A DNA stretch of 64,000 bases from Acidobacteriota bacterium (GTDB lineage Bacteria; Acidobacteriota; UBA890; WLXD01): NCBI GenBank assembly GCA_965248695.1, contig CBDFKD010000002.1:3296001-3360000 (forward strand). Direction: 5' to 3'. The notes beneath the pieces were generated by a model that made no database searches, was not told the origin of the DNA, and saw only the letters and a program-made list of their open reading frames with translations. Made by a program: the position numbers and the translations under genes. Shown here piece by piece: positions 1 through 10,700 of the stretch. Within the stretch, counting starts at the first letter, position 1, and the number at the start of each line of letters is the position of its first letter.

Positions 1-1844
1 TCGTCGACCTCGAACTCGAACGCGCCTTCACCGGCACCGGTGAACAGCACGCCCTGCAGACCGGCCGGATCGAGGCCGGCGAAGTCGCTGAAGGGGAGGC
101 GCAGCCGTTGCCACTCTTCACCGGGCACAAAGCTGGTCATCGTCGGAATCTGGCCAAGGTTCTGGGCGAACAACATCACCATGTGGGTAGCGCCATCACC
201 CCGAGCCCAGAACTCGATGCCCTCGTACTCCGACAGGTCCGCCGGCTGAAACTGCTGCGGGCCGGGGAACCACATCGGTCCGGCCCACGCCGAAGGCCCC
301 GACGCTGCGATATTTCCGTTGACGCGTAGCGACCCGGAGGTGCCCGCCGCGCCGCCGTCCACCACCATCGTCTCCGCGGTGGAGCCGCCGCCAACCATCG
401 AATCGGTTGAGACCATCCATCCGGAGCCGAAAGCGCTGTCCAGCTCGCCAGCATTGAAGCCGGCGACAAGTCCCGAGCCGACATCGGGGCGCGCCGCAGA
501 CGCCGACGTTGCGGCCACCCCGTCACGGTAGCCGTCGCGGTCGGCGCGCACCCCGAACTTCCACACGCCAACGATGTCGCGCGTGGCGGTCACGTCGGTT
601 GTGGGGTCGCCGCGCACGAGCAAGAGATCTGCGCGCAGCCCGGCGCGAACGCGGCCGCGATCGTCGAGCCCGAAGGCGTCCGCCGGTGCGGAGGTTGCCG
701 CGACGAGCGCCTCGACCGGGCTCAAGCCGGCCTGCACCAGCAGGCCGAGCTCACGATGCATGCTCGCACCATGACCGGTACCGGGGTTGGGCGCGTCGGT
801 GCCCGCCAGCACGCGGACGCCGGCCTGGTGCAAAGCAGCCACGGACTCCAGGCCATTGGCGAGGGCGCTGGTATTGAACACCCCCGCCGGAAACCCTGTT
901 TCGAGCCCGGCGCGATCGCTGGCACTCAGGTAGGGGGCCAGCCGCGGGTCGGCAGCAAGCTCAGATCCGCCGGCCACGCCGGAGGCACTCTCGAGCACCG
1001 ACAGGGTGGGCGTCACGAACGCCGAATGGCGCTGCATCAGCTCCACGACGTCGGCTGTGGCCGGTTGGTCGTAGAACACGTGGACGATCCCGTCAGCGCC
1101 GAGCTCGACCACCGCCCTGGCATCCGCCACCGTGCCGACATGCACCACGGCGAGCAGATCGCGTGCGTGGGCCGCCTCGATGAGCGCCCCGATGGTGGGA
1201 AAATCGAGCGTGCTGAAGCGGTCAGATGAGGCATCGGTGCGAATGATCTTGAGGTAGTCGGATCCCTCGTCTACGCGCGCCTGCACGAATTCGTCCGCCT
1301 CCTCCGGGGTCGTGAGCGTCGGGATTTCCATGCCGTACTCGGTCCCGTGGCCTCCCGGCGCTGTTGCCAGGATGCCGGCGGAGAACAAGTCGGCGCGATC
1401 GAGAGCCTCCCCGTTGGCCTGCTCCCGACGCAGAACCGCGGCACCGTTGGGCTCGGTGAACATGTCGAGCTCGGTGGTCACACCGAGCATCAAGGCAGTT
1501 CGCAGCACGGGCCCGAAAACATGTGCGTGTGCGTCGATCATCCCGGGCATCAGGGTCATGCCCTCGCCCTCGATCACCTCGGCCGCGGGCGGCGCGGCAA
1601 CGTCGCCGCCGACGGCTGCCACCAGGCCGTCGCGGACCAGCACATCCGTCGTCGCTACGACGTTCTCGCCATCGAACAGGCGCACGCCGCGGAACAAGGT
1701 TGCGGTCACGGCAGAGCTGTCGACTTCGGCGATGGCGGCGACGCCAGCGCTGCCCACCAACCAGGCACGGCCACCCCGGCCCCGCAGCAGATCGAACGTC
1801 GCCATGGCTGCGAGGACAACAGCAAGGAAGATCCCCAGACGCAT
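1..1844 (-). CDS. Secreted metal-dependent amidohydrolase with C-terminal CIA30/carbohydrate-binding-like domain (3' end runs off the window)
   Basis: Not in the ORF track because it has no stop in the window. Manual translation from ATG 1844: MRLGIFLAVVLAAMA (signal-like), PGMIDAHAH (HxH metal motif), GVTTELDM, VVHV, AGTDAPNPG, GLRADLLLV; then GWMVSTDSMVGGGS...DLSEYEGIEFWARGDG...EEWQRLRLPFSDF, which resembles a CIA30-type beta-sandwich. Confidence 0.85.
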   Translation of the reverse strand, partial: MRLGIFLAVVLAAMATFDLLRGRGGRAWLVGSAGVAAIAEVDSSAVTATLFRGVRLFDGENVVATTDVLVRDGLVAAVGGDVAAPPAAEVIEGEGMTLMPGMIDAHAHVFGPVLRTALMLGVTTELDMFTEPNGAAVLRREQANGEALDRADLFSAGILATAPGGHGTEYGMEIPTLTTPEEADEFVQARVDEGSDYLKIIRTDASSDRFSTLDFPTIGALIEAAHARDLLAVVHVGTVADARAVVELGADGIVHVFYDQPATADVVELMQRHSAFVTPTLSVLESASGVAGGSELAADPRLAPYLSASDRAGLETGFPAGVFNTSALANGLESVAALHQAGVRVLAGTDAPNPGTGHGASMHRELGLLVQAGLSPVEALVAATSAPADAFGLDDRGRVRAGLRADLLLVRGDPTTDVTATRDIVGVWKFGVRADRDGYRDGVAATSASAARPDVGSGLVAGFNAGELDSAFGSGWMVSTDSMVGGGSTAETMVVDGGAAGTSGSLRVNGNIAASGPSAWAGPMWFPGPQQFQPADLSEYEGIEFWARGDGATHMVMLFAQNLGQIPTMTSFVPGEEWQRLRLPFSDFAGLDPAGLQGVLFTGAGEGAFEFEVD

Positions 1845-2168
1845 CAACGTATGATCCGTCGGGCGCGCGGTGGTCGTAGTCGGGGTCATCGCTGCCTCTT
1901 GGAGGAGGACCGCACCCGGGCGACGAGTCCTTGCTCCGGGATCCCCACCCGGGTGCGTAACCTGACTTGAGCATCGATTATCGGAGCTATCGCATCACGG
2001 ACCAAGGGCCCACCGAGCGTATGGTCGCTGCAAACGGTGACCGGCCGCTGCCTCCCCGCCAATGGTCGAAGGGCGGCGGTGGTTTCCTTGCATCTGACCC
2101 CGAGAACTGACAACAAAGGGTCCGGAGCACGGCATACGGCTGGCTCCGAGATCCACACGGAGATTTGA

Positions 2169-2906
2169 GTGAGGCAGCGCGGTCCGGTGTGTTTGGCGGC
2201 GGGATTGGCGTTGGCCCTCAGCGTGACGCCGGCGCACGCTCAGACGCCGGGCAGCGTCCACAATCTGAGCTTTCAACCCGCCGACGACGGCCAGGGCTTC
2301 GTCATCCGTTGGGATGCGCCAGACGGGCAGACCGATGATGTCGCCGACGCTTGGAGCTATGAGGTGGAGGATCGTGGCGATGGCGCCTGGCGGTCCGTGC
2401 ACCGCGGACCAGAGACGCAGCTACGCGTGCTCCAGATGCGCATCGGTGCTTGCCGCATCCGGGTGCGTGCCATCGGTTATGGGACAACGGGACCGTGGAG
2501 CGAGGCAGACTGTACGGCACAGCCCGACGAGGCCACCATCGCCGCGGGCCCGACATGTCGCGCCGATACCACGGCAGTCTGTCTTCTCGGCAATCGATTC
2601 GCGGTACGCGTGCGATGGGGCGCGAGCCTCACCGCTGCGCAGCCGCTCGACGGCAAGGCCGCAGACGCGGAGCGCTCGTTCGCCTTCGGCGACGACAAGG
2701 TGGCCGTCACGGTTCGCATCCTCGACCTTTGCGAGCACAACGGTTTCTTCGGTGTGGAGTACACCACCCGTTCGCGCGCACCGTTTCGCCTCGAGGTGAC
2801 CGATACGCAGGCGGAGCAGGACAAGTCGTTTGCGGCACCAGCGGGGCGCGATCGCCCCCCCAAGGTGCGCTATTCGGAGGTGTTCTCCACCTGTAGCCGT
2901 GATTGA
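2169..2906 (+). CDS. Secreted protein with a fibronectin-III-like domain and a Cys-bracketed C-terminal domain
   Basis: Signal peptide ending AHA-Q; FN3-like pattern (PGSVHNL...IRWDAP...YEVE...IRVRAIG...GPWS); C-terminal C-x6-CLLGNRFAVRVRW...ILDLCEHNGFF module. Confidence 0.7.
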   Translation: MRQRGPVCLAAGLALALSVTPAHAQTPGSVHNLSFQPADDGQGFVIRWDAPDGQTDDVADAWSYEVEDRGDGAWRSVHRGPETQLRVLQMRIGACRIRVRAIGYGTTGPWSEADCTAQPDEATIAAGPTCRADTTAVCLLGNRFAVRVRWGASLTAAQPLDGKAADAERSFAFGDDKVAVTVRILDLCEHNGFFGVEYTTRSRAPFRLEVTDTQAEQDKSFAAPAGRDRPPKVRYSEVFSTCSRD

Positions 2907-3006
2907 CGCCGCGTCGTGAGCGGGTCGAGCAATCGGCTCTGCTACAGTCGCCGCGGCAAGCGCCCGTATCGACAATCAAGAGCGTCCTTGATCGTGGAGG
3001 CTTTCG

Positions 3007-4275
3007 ATGACCGCCCGTTACGCACCACTACCGCCCGCTAGCAGCCCGGAGGCGCGCGAGTTGCTGGAGCGCTTCCGCGTTTCGTGCTCACGCTACGGTG
3101 TCGACCGCCGGCGCTTCATGCGACTGGTGGGCGCCGGTGCCGCCGGCGGGTTCCTGGCGGCGTGCGCGGCGCCCGACGACGATGCTACCCCGCCCGCAGC
3201 AGACGGCGACTCGCCGGCGAGCGTCTTCTTCAAGAACACCACCGACTTCATTCCTCACGGGGGGCGCAATCTCGAGGCGAGATTCGACCGCTTCGACTCC
3301 TTCCTGACCCCGGCCTCCGAGTTCTTCGTGCGCAACAACTCCTCCAGCATCGCCGTCGACGGTGACGGCTTCGCGCTACGCGTCGAAGGCCCCGGGGTCG
3401 ACAACCCGATCGATCTGACGCTCGCGCGGCTGCGCGCCATGCCGCGTCGCAGCGTTTTCGCCTATGTCGAATGCGGCGGCAACCAGCGGTCGTTCTTCGA
3501 GTTGCTGCTGGGACGCACGGCGACCGGAACGCAGTGGGGCCGCGGTGGCATCGGCATGGCGGAATGGGGCGGCGTACCTCTCGGGGAGGTACTACGGCTG
3601 GCCGGGCTGCGCGACAGCGCCGTAGACGTCCAGCTGATCGGGCTCGACGCAGACTCTCCGGAGCAGGGCTTTCGGCGGCCCATTCCGATCTCCAAAGCGC
3701 TTGATCCCGATACCGTCCTGGCCGACCGTATGAACGGTGCGTCGCTGCCCGCGGATCACGGCTACCCGCTGCGAGCCATCGTGCCCGGTTGGGTCGGAAG
3801 CACGAACATCAAGTGGCTCGGCCGCATCGTCGTATCTGACGAGAAAGTCTGGAGCCGCAACAACACTACCTCCTACGTATTGATCGGCGACGACTACCCG
3901 CCCGAGGGTGAGGCGCTGGGCCGGCCAGTGACCCTGCAATCGATCAAGAGCGCCCTGGCGCTGCCGTGGCCGGCGCGTCTGAGCCCCGGCGCGACGGTCG
4001 TTCGAGGCTTCGCACACTCGCCGCAGGCGCCGATCGCCGGGGTGGAGTGGAGTGTCGACGATGGGGCGACGTGGTATCCAGCGCGCCTGTCGGAACCGTT
4101 GATGCGCTACTCGTGGGCGCGCTTCGAGATCGATTGGGTAGCGACGAGCGGAGCCCATACGATGCTCACTCGCGCCACCGACGAGGAAGGAACCACCCAG
4201 CCCGACGCGATCCACTTCAACGAGAAGGGGTATCTGTTCAACCTGCCGCTGCCACACCCGATCTCGGTGGTATGA
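3007..4275 (+). CDS. Sulfite oxidase family molybdopterin oxidoreductase (SorA/SoxC-like), Tat-exported
   Basis: GGAGG RBS; twin-arginine DRRRFMRL; FFVRN, ECGGNQR (Mo-ligand Cys), EWGGVPL, DHGYPLRAIVPGWVG, IKWL; C-terminal dimerisation domain (VEWSVDDGATW, TRATD). Confidence 0.9.
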   Translation: MTARYAPLPPASSPEARELLERFRVSCSRYGVDRRRFMRLVGAGAAGGFLAACAAPDDDATPPAADGDSPASVFFKNTTDFIPHGGRNLEARFDRFDSFLTPASEFFVRNNSSSIAVDGDGFALRVEGPGVDNPIDLTLARLRAMPRRSVFAYVECGGNQRSFFELLLGRTATGTQWGRGGIGMAEWGGVPLGEVLRLAGLRDSAVDVQLIGLDADSPEQGFRRPIPISKALDPDTVLADRMNGASLPADHGYPLRAIVPGWVGSTNIKWLGRIVVSDEKVWSRNNTTSYVLIGDDYPPEGEALGRPVTLQSIKSALALPWPARLSPGATVVRGFAHSPQAPIAGVEWSVDDGATWYPARLSEPLMRYSWARFEIDWVATSGAHTMLTRATDEEGTTQPDAIHFNEKGYLFNLPLPHPISVV

Positions 4276-4646
4276 CCCGGTCGCGCCTGGCGACGGTGTT
4301 GTCCGTGCTGGTGGTGTGGGCGAGCGTTGCCCTCGTGGCCTGTGGGAGTGAGCCTCACGCCGACGTCGATCGAGGTAGCAAGCTGTACGCGCGTTACTGT
4401 TTCCAGTGCCACGACTCCGGAGAGGGCATCGGTTCGCGCCTGTCGCCGGCAGTATTGCGCAGCTATGGCACAGCAGCCGGTTTGTTCGACTACAACCGCA
4501 AGTTCATGCCGTACGCGGGCGAGGGCAGCCTGGCGGATCGCGACTACCTGGACATCACCGCCTACATGCTCGTGCAGCATGGTTTCAGCACGCCGGGGCT
4601 CGAGCTCACCCCTGAGCGGGCAACGAGCATCGATCTACGACGGTAG
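4272..4646 (+). CDS. Mono-heme c-type cytochrome (SorB-like partner), probable lipoprotein
   Basis: ATG overlaps the upstream stop (ATGA); hydrophobic N-terminus ending LVAC; CFQCH heme motif; distal Met candidate in KFMPY. Confidence 0.85.
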   Translation: MTRSRLATVLSVLVVWASVALVACGSEPHADVDRGSKLYARYCFQCHDSGEGIGSRLSPAVLRSYGTAAGLFDYNRKFMPYAGEGSLADRDYLDITAYMLVQHGFSTPGLELTPERATSIDLRR

Positions 4647-4709
4647 CCGGTAGCTGCGAAAAGGCTTCGGACTGCGCCGCCGCCCTCCCTACAATTCAGG
4701 TGGGAGGGT

Positions 4710-6359
4710 TTGTCTTTGGGCGCAACTGTGTCGTTCAGGCCGGCGCGAACAGCGCCGGCGGAGAGCCCGGCGCGGCAGCTTATAGGCCGCGGCCGCTCCG
4801 GCGTGGTGTACCGACAGGACGGCCCGGACGGCACCTTGGCAGTGAAGCTGTTTCTCGGCGACACGCTCGCCGATCTGGTGCATCGAGTTGCCTTCGGTGC
4901 CCCCAACCCCTACTCGTGGTCGGGTCCGGCGGTCCGTTGCGCCCTGTATCGTCGACGCATTCTCGCGGTGTTGGCGCGCTACTGGTTCGATGATCGGTTG
5001 CAGGTGGCGGACGCTACCCAGGTGATCTGGAACCAGACGGCGCGCGCCTGGGAGCTGCACACGCGCTTTGTCGACGGTTATCCAGCGGCGTTGCATCACC
5101 CGTTCTCGGGGGCACGCGACCACGAGCAGACCGAGCTTCGAGACGAGATCATGCACCCGCTACAGGATCACCTCGTGGACGCCGGCTTCGACGGGCTGGT
5201 CTGGCAAGCCGGCCGCGGCAATCCGGTAGCCGCCAACAACTTCCTGGTAGTCGAACGGCGCCGCGGGCGCCGCGCCGCGGGCGGCACGCGGTGGGCCTGG
5301 ATCGATCTCGAGTCCGGCGTACCAGCGCTTTTTCCAGCCGACCCGCGCCCGCTTTTCACCTTCTACCTTCCGCGTAGCTTCCAGCTTCGCCGCCCGCTGT
5401 TCGACGACGTCGACCCGAACCGACTGCTCGCGTACGTCGACGCTCATGCCGACGCGATCACCGCCGCCGTGGGCGCCAGCGGGGTTCCGCGGCTGCGACG
5501 ACGGGCCTGGCAGCTGCGCGATGCGCAGCACGAATGGAAATCACTGCCGCGACGCGACCGAGGTCTGCATTGCGCCATGGTGCGCGGTCGCGTCAGCGCC
5601 GCCGAAGCCCGGTGGTATCAGAAACATCCTCTGCGCTGGCACGCGTCGGAGCTGGCGCGCGCGACGCGGTCCGTCGCCTCGCGGGTCGGTGCCGGTATGC
5701 AGCGGTCGATCCGGTCGGTGCAAAGCATCGATGCGGCCCGGCTGGCGCACCGCGCCTGGCGCTTCGCTACGTCACAGCCCTATCGCGCCCGCGTCGGTCG
5801 TTTCTACGCGCTGGGTCGCGTGCGCCGGTGGACTCAGCGCGGGCAGCTGGGACGGCGCGAGGCCGCCTACCTCCGCCGGCTGTCATGCCACGAGCACTCC
5901 AGCTACCTGACAGATTTCGCCGTCCACTTGGCGCTGAAGCCGCCATGCAAGGCGGTAACGTGGCTGATACTGCCACTGCTGGCGCAGATGTCGATGTTGC
6001 CATTCTGGGCCGTACCGGTCGGGCTGCTTGTCGGCGGCAGCGTCACCCGGACGTCCTACACGGTCTTCCGTGCGCTGCAGGCGCGACTTGCCGGGATGCC
6101 GGCCCCCTGGATCGCTCTCGGTGTGGGGTTGCTGCCGATCGTCGGCTCGGCAGCCTATCCGGCCCAGATTCTCGCGGCAGGTCGGTCGGAACAGGGGAAG
6201 CTGGCCGGGTTGATCCTCTACGACACCCTCTCCTCGATTGGCCGGCGCGTGCCGATCTGGGGCGGGGAGGACACGGCCACCGAGCACGTCTTCAACCGCC
6301 TGGCCGATTGGGTCATCGACGATCGATCGGCGCTGCTGGCCGACTCGGGCGACAAGTAG
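4710..6359 (+). CDS. Uncharacterised protein with kinase-like N-terminal motifs and C-terminal transmembrane helices
   Basis: 549-aa ORF after GGGAGGG; IGRGRSGVVY...LAVKLF, ANNFLV, WIDLESG; 2-3 hydrophobic segments near the C-terminus. Confidence 0.7.
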   Translation: MSLGATVSFRPARTAPAESPARQLIGRGRSGVVYRQDGPDGTLAVKLFLGDTLADLVHRVAFGAPNPYSWSGPAVRCALYRRRILAVLARYWFDDRLQVADATQVIWNQTARAWELHTRFVDGYPAALHHPFSGARDHEQTELRDEIMHPLQDHLVDAGFDGLVWQAGRGNPVAANNFLVVERRRGRRAAGGTRWAWIDLESGVPALFPADPRPLFTFYLPRSFQLRRPLFDDVDPNRLLAYVDAHADAITAAVGASGVPRLRRRAWQLRDAQHEWKSLPRRDRGLHCAMVRGRVSAAEARWYQKHPLRWHASELARATRSVASRVGAGMQRSIRSVQSIDAARLAHRAWRFATSQPYRARVGRFYALGRVRRWTQRGQLGRREAAYLRRLSCHEHSSYLTDFAVHLALKPPCKAVTWLILPLLAQMSMLPFWAVPVGLLVGGSVTRTSYTVFRALQARLAGMPAPWIALGVGLLPIVGSAAYPAQILAAGRSEQGKLAGLILYDTLSSIGRRVPIWGGEDTATEHVFNRLADWVIDDRSALLADSGDK

Positions 6360-6388
6360 TCACCGGCGTCGACACGGGCGACCGGCTC

Positions 6389-7150
6389 TCAGGTGCGCAG
6401 ATACGACGCGCCGTTGGCGTCGATGATGCAACCGGTCAGATAGCCGATCCCATCGCTGGCCAGAAACGTCACCGCGCGAGCAATCTCGTCGGGCCGCGCG
6501 GCGCGATTCAGCGGGCTCTGCGCACGAATCGCACGCCCCGACTCACCCGCCAGGTGCGACACCGTCATGTCGGTCTCGACGAACCCGGGTGCCACCACGC
6601 CAACGAAGATCCCGTGCGGCGCGAGCTCCTGGGCCAGCGACTGGCTGAGCGCATTGAGCCCTGCTTTGCTGGCCCCGTAAGCGGGTCCGTGCGGCTCGCC
6701 ACGAAACGCGCCCCGCGAGGAGACGTTGATGATGCGACCCGAGCCTTGTTCCCTCATGTGTCGGGCGGCGCAGTACATCAGGTTGGCCGGGCCAAGCAGG
6801 TTGATGCCCAGCGTCCGCTCCCACGCCTGCTGCCAGGCGGAGTAGTCGACCTCGGCCGCTCGATGCAGCTCGTATATGCCGGCGTTGTTCACCAGCACGT
6901 CGATCCGACCCAGCTCCCCCACGGCCGCCGAGATGAGCCGCTCACACGCCTGTGGATCGGAAACATCAGCCTGCACGACGACATGGGGCCCGCCGGCGAG
7001 CCCTCCAGCCGTTTCCTCGGCGGCGTTTCGATTGGCGTGATAGTGCACCGCCACGCGGCCGCCCTGCGCGGCGAAACACTGTGCGACGGCACGTCCGATG
7101 CCGCGTGACGCGCCGGTCACTAGAATGTTGTGTCCGTCGAATTCCATCAC
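6389..7150 (-). CDS. Short-chain dehydrogenase/reductase (FabG-like)
   Basis: [27 protein letters not shown] motifs; GGAGGAG RBS. Confidence 0.93.
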   Translation of the reverse strand: MMEFDGHNILVTGASRGIGRAVAQCFAAQGGRVAVHYHANRNAAEETAGGLAGGPHVVVQADVSDPQACERLISAAVGELGRIDVLVNNAGIYELHRAAEVDYSAWQQAWERTLGINLLGPANLMYCAARHMREQGSGRIINVSSRGAFRGEPHGPAYGASKAGLNALSQSLAQELAPHGIFVGVVAPGFVETDMTVSHLAGESGRAIRAQSPLNRAARPDEIARAVTFLASDGIGYLTGCIIDANGASYLRT

Positions 7151-7282
7151 TCCTCCAAGGGTCGGTCGAGGGCTCAGTCAGGTTGCCGCCGGTGAGGCGT
7201 TCGGATGCCCATCGTACGGTGCTGGCCGACCGACCGGAACTCGGCGGCGGCAGTGCCGTACTCCGTAGCAAGGAGGTTGCAC

Positions 7283-7666
7283 ATGGCAGACAGCAAGCTG
7301 CTCGGATGCTTGGGCGTCGTGATCGGTCTCGCGGCGTCGGTGGTCCTTGGATGGATGACCCTCGAGCTTCTGCTGTCGTTGTTCGGCGCAAGCGGCCCGG
7401 TGGCAGCGTTGACCGATCCGGTATTCCAGCACGAGCTCGGCGAGCTACTGGTTGTCGGCATGGCAATCATCAGCGTCTACGTGCTGGTGTTCCGGGAGTC
7501 GATGATTCCGAGCTTCGTAAACTGGGCGCGCTACCCATTCTGGCTCGGAGCGACGCTGAACCTCGTTGCGTGGATGCGGCTGGCCGGCGGCACGCGATGG
7601 TCGGTGTGGATGCTGCTGCTGTTCGCCATCGGAATCTGCACCCCGTGGGTCCTGTCGCGCAGATAG
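7283..7666 (+). CDS. Small integral membrane protein (about 4 TM helices)
   Basis: AGGAGG at 7271-7276 precedes ATG 7283 (MADSKLLG...); four hydrophobic stretches. Confidence 0.7.
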   Translation: MADSKLLGCLGVVIGLAASVVLGWMTLELLLSLFGASGPVAALTDPVFQHELGELLVVGMAIISVYVLVFRESMIPSFVNWARYPFWLGATLNLVAWMRLAGGTRWSVWMLLLFAIGICTPWVLSRR

Positions 7667-7726
7667 ACTCTGCGTTTTCAGATTCGCCGACTCCCCCACC
7701 ATCCGATCTGATGACCAGGAGCGCTC

Positions 7727-10700
7727 TTGTCGACGCCCGTACGCTGCCCGCGATTCGACACCGATCAGGCATCGGATCTCGCGCGCCACTACTTCGGCCT
7801 CGAGGCGACAGCTTCCGAGCTGAGTAGCGAGCGTGATCAGAACTTCTTGCTGCGCAGCGAGGAGGGCAACCGCCACGTATTGAAGCTGTTCAACGCGCTC
7901 GAGCAGAGCGACGTGCTCGATCTTCAGACCGCCATCCTTCGTCGCCTCGCAGCCCATCCGTGCGAATATCGCTTCCCCGAGCTCGTACCTGGCGCCGATG
8001 GCCGTGATCTGATCGAGGTCGAGGCCAATGGGAAGACCTACCCGGCGTGGCTTCTGACCTGGGTCGACGGCGTGCTGATGGCCAGCGCCCGTCCGCGGTC
8101 GCGCCGGCTCGCCCGCGAGCTCGGAGACTTGCTCGGTCACGTTACCTCGGCGCTCGACGGCCTCGAGCACGCGGCCGCCGACCGCAGCCTGAAATGGAAC
8201 TTTATGCACGCTCGGCACGCCTTCGAGGTCGGACTGCCGCTGCTGCGCGATGACGACACCCGCCAACGCGTTGAACGGCTCAGCTCACGCTTCCAGGAAC
8301 ATGTCGATCCGGTGCTCCCCGGGCTGCGATCGAGCGTGATCCACAACGACGGCAACGATCGCAACATCATTGTCGGCCCGCTTCGGGGGAACGCCGCATG
8401 GCCCCAACGACACGTCGTCGGCCTCATCGATGTCGGCGACGCCCTGCAAGGTCCCACCGTTGGAGAGCTGGCGGTCGGGCTGGCGTACGCAATGCTCGAC
8501 CGCGACGACCCGATGGAGATCGCGCGCGACGTCGTCGGCGCCTATCACCAGGTGTTTCCACTGCTCGAGGCCGAAGTCGACGTGCTGTTCGATCTGGTGC
8601 TCATGCGACTGAGCCTGAGCGTCTGCAACGCTGCAGAGCAGCACGCAGCGGACCCCGACAACGACTATCTCCAGGTCAGCCAGCGCGCCGTCCTGGCGGC
8701 GCTGTCGCAACTCGAGACGATCGATCGCGGGTTGGCAACCTGTCACCTCCGTCACGCCTGCGGCTGGGAACCGAGCGCGGCCGGAGCCGAGCTCCGACGG
8801 TGGCTCCGGGCAAGGCCAGGCAGCTTTGCCGCCGTGGTCGCACCCGGATCCGAGCCGGCGGCGATCGAGGTGCTGGACCTGAGCGTCGGTAGCACCGACA
8901 TGGGCGGCGGCGCGCCGGGCATGTTCGAGGCCGCAGCATTGACCCACCGGCTCTGCGCCGTGCTCCGGAATGCCGGTGCCACGCTGGGTGTTGGCAGCTA
9001 CGACGAGACCAGATGCTGGTATGGTGGCGGGCTGTTCGCTGCGCCCGGCAACGAGGCGCCGCGCCGACGCACGGTGCACCTCGGCATTGATCTTTTCGCC
9101 GCACCGGGGGCGCCCATCCACGCGCCACTCGCCGGCACCGTCGCCAGCGCCACGATCAATCCGGGACGACTCGACTACGGACCGACCATCGTGCTGCTGC
9201 ATGAGCCCGAGGACGGACGCCCGTTCCACACGTTGTACGGACATCTTTCGCCGGATTCGCTGATCGGGCTCGAAACCGGCTCCACGGTCGAGAAGGGAGC
9301 CCGGATCGGGGCAATCGGTAACTTCCCGGACAACGGCGACTGGCCGCCACACCTGCACTTTCAGGTCATCGCCGACCCGGTAGGGCTCGAGGGCGACTTC
9401 CCCGGCGTGTCGACGCCCGCCGAGCGCGACATCTTCAAGAGCTTGTCGCCGGACCCCGACCTGATTCTGGGCCTGCTGGAACAACCCGAGTTGTCTCAAC
9501 CCGCCCACACGGAGTTGCTGGCACGGCGGAAAACGCATCTCGGTCCGTCGCTCAGCATCGCCTACCGCCGGCCGTTGACCATGGTGCGCGGCGCCGGACA
9601 GTTCCTCTACGACATCGACGGTCAGCCGTTTCTCGACGCGGTCAACAACGTGCCGCATGTCGGCCACGCGCACCCTCGCGTGGTCGCCGCCGCCAGGCGT
9701 CAGGACGCCGTCCTCAACACGAACACGCGCTACTTGCACGACAACGTCGTCCGCTACGCTGAGCGTCTGACGGCAACCCTCCCGGACCCGCTGGAGGTTT
9801 ACTTCTTCGTCTGCTCCGGGAGTGAGGCCAACGAGCTGGCGATTCGCATGGCGCGCGCTCACACCGGCCAGCGCGATGTGGTCACGCTGGATGGCGCCTA
9901 CCACGGCAACACGTCGTCGCTGGTCGACCTGAGCCCGTACAAGCACGCCGGACCGGGTGGCTCGGGCCCACCGCCGTGGGTGCACGTCGCCTGCATGCCG
10001 GACCCCTATCGCGGGCCGCACGCCGGGGACGAGGACGGCGCCGTTCGGTACGCCGAAGACGTCGCTCGGTGCTGCGAACGGGCCGCCGGGTTGGCGGCGT
10101 TCATCGCCGAGCCACTGCTCGGCTGCGGCGGCCAGATCGTGCCGCCTGAAGGCTATCTGGCTCTGGCGTTCGACCACGTCCGCTCCGCTGGCGGCGTCTG
10201 TATCGCCGATGAGGTGCAGATCGGGTTCGGCCGCGCCGGCAGCCACTTCTGGGCGTTCGACGCCATGGGCGCGGTGCCCGATATCGTCACCCTCGGCAAG
10301 CCCATCGGCAACGGCTATCCGCTCGCCGCGGTGGTCGCCACGCGCGCCGTCGCCGACTCGTTTTCCAACGGCATGGAGTACTTCAACACCTTCGGCGGCA
10401 ACCCGGTCGCTTGTGCCGTGGGCACCGCGGTGCTGGACGTGATCGAGGAAGAGGATCTGCAGTCCAACGCCCATGTCGTCGGCGCTCGTCTGCTTGCCGG
10501 GCTGCGCGAGCTGCTACCGCGTCACGACCTGATCGGCGACGTCCGTGGCCTCGGATTGTACGTCGGCATCGAGCTGGTCCTCGATCGCGTGACGCTCGAG
10601 CCGGCCGCGAACGAAGCTTCGTACGCGATCAATCGTATGCGTGACCACGGCATCCTGATGAGCACCGACGGACCCCTCCAGAACGTCCTCAAGATCAAGC

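Noticed and set aside
8285-10474. Long antisense or alternate-frame ORFs (e.g. 8285-10474 -, 5534-7108 +, 36666-37823 +, 36961-38214 -, 60122-61084 +)
   Set aside because: They overlap well-supported genes, have no family motifs, and are the expected shadows of high-GC codon usage.
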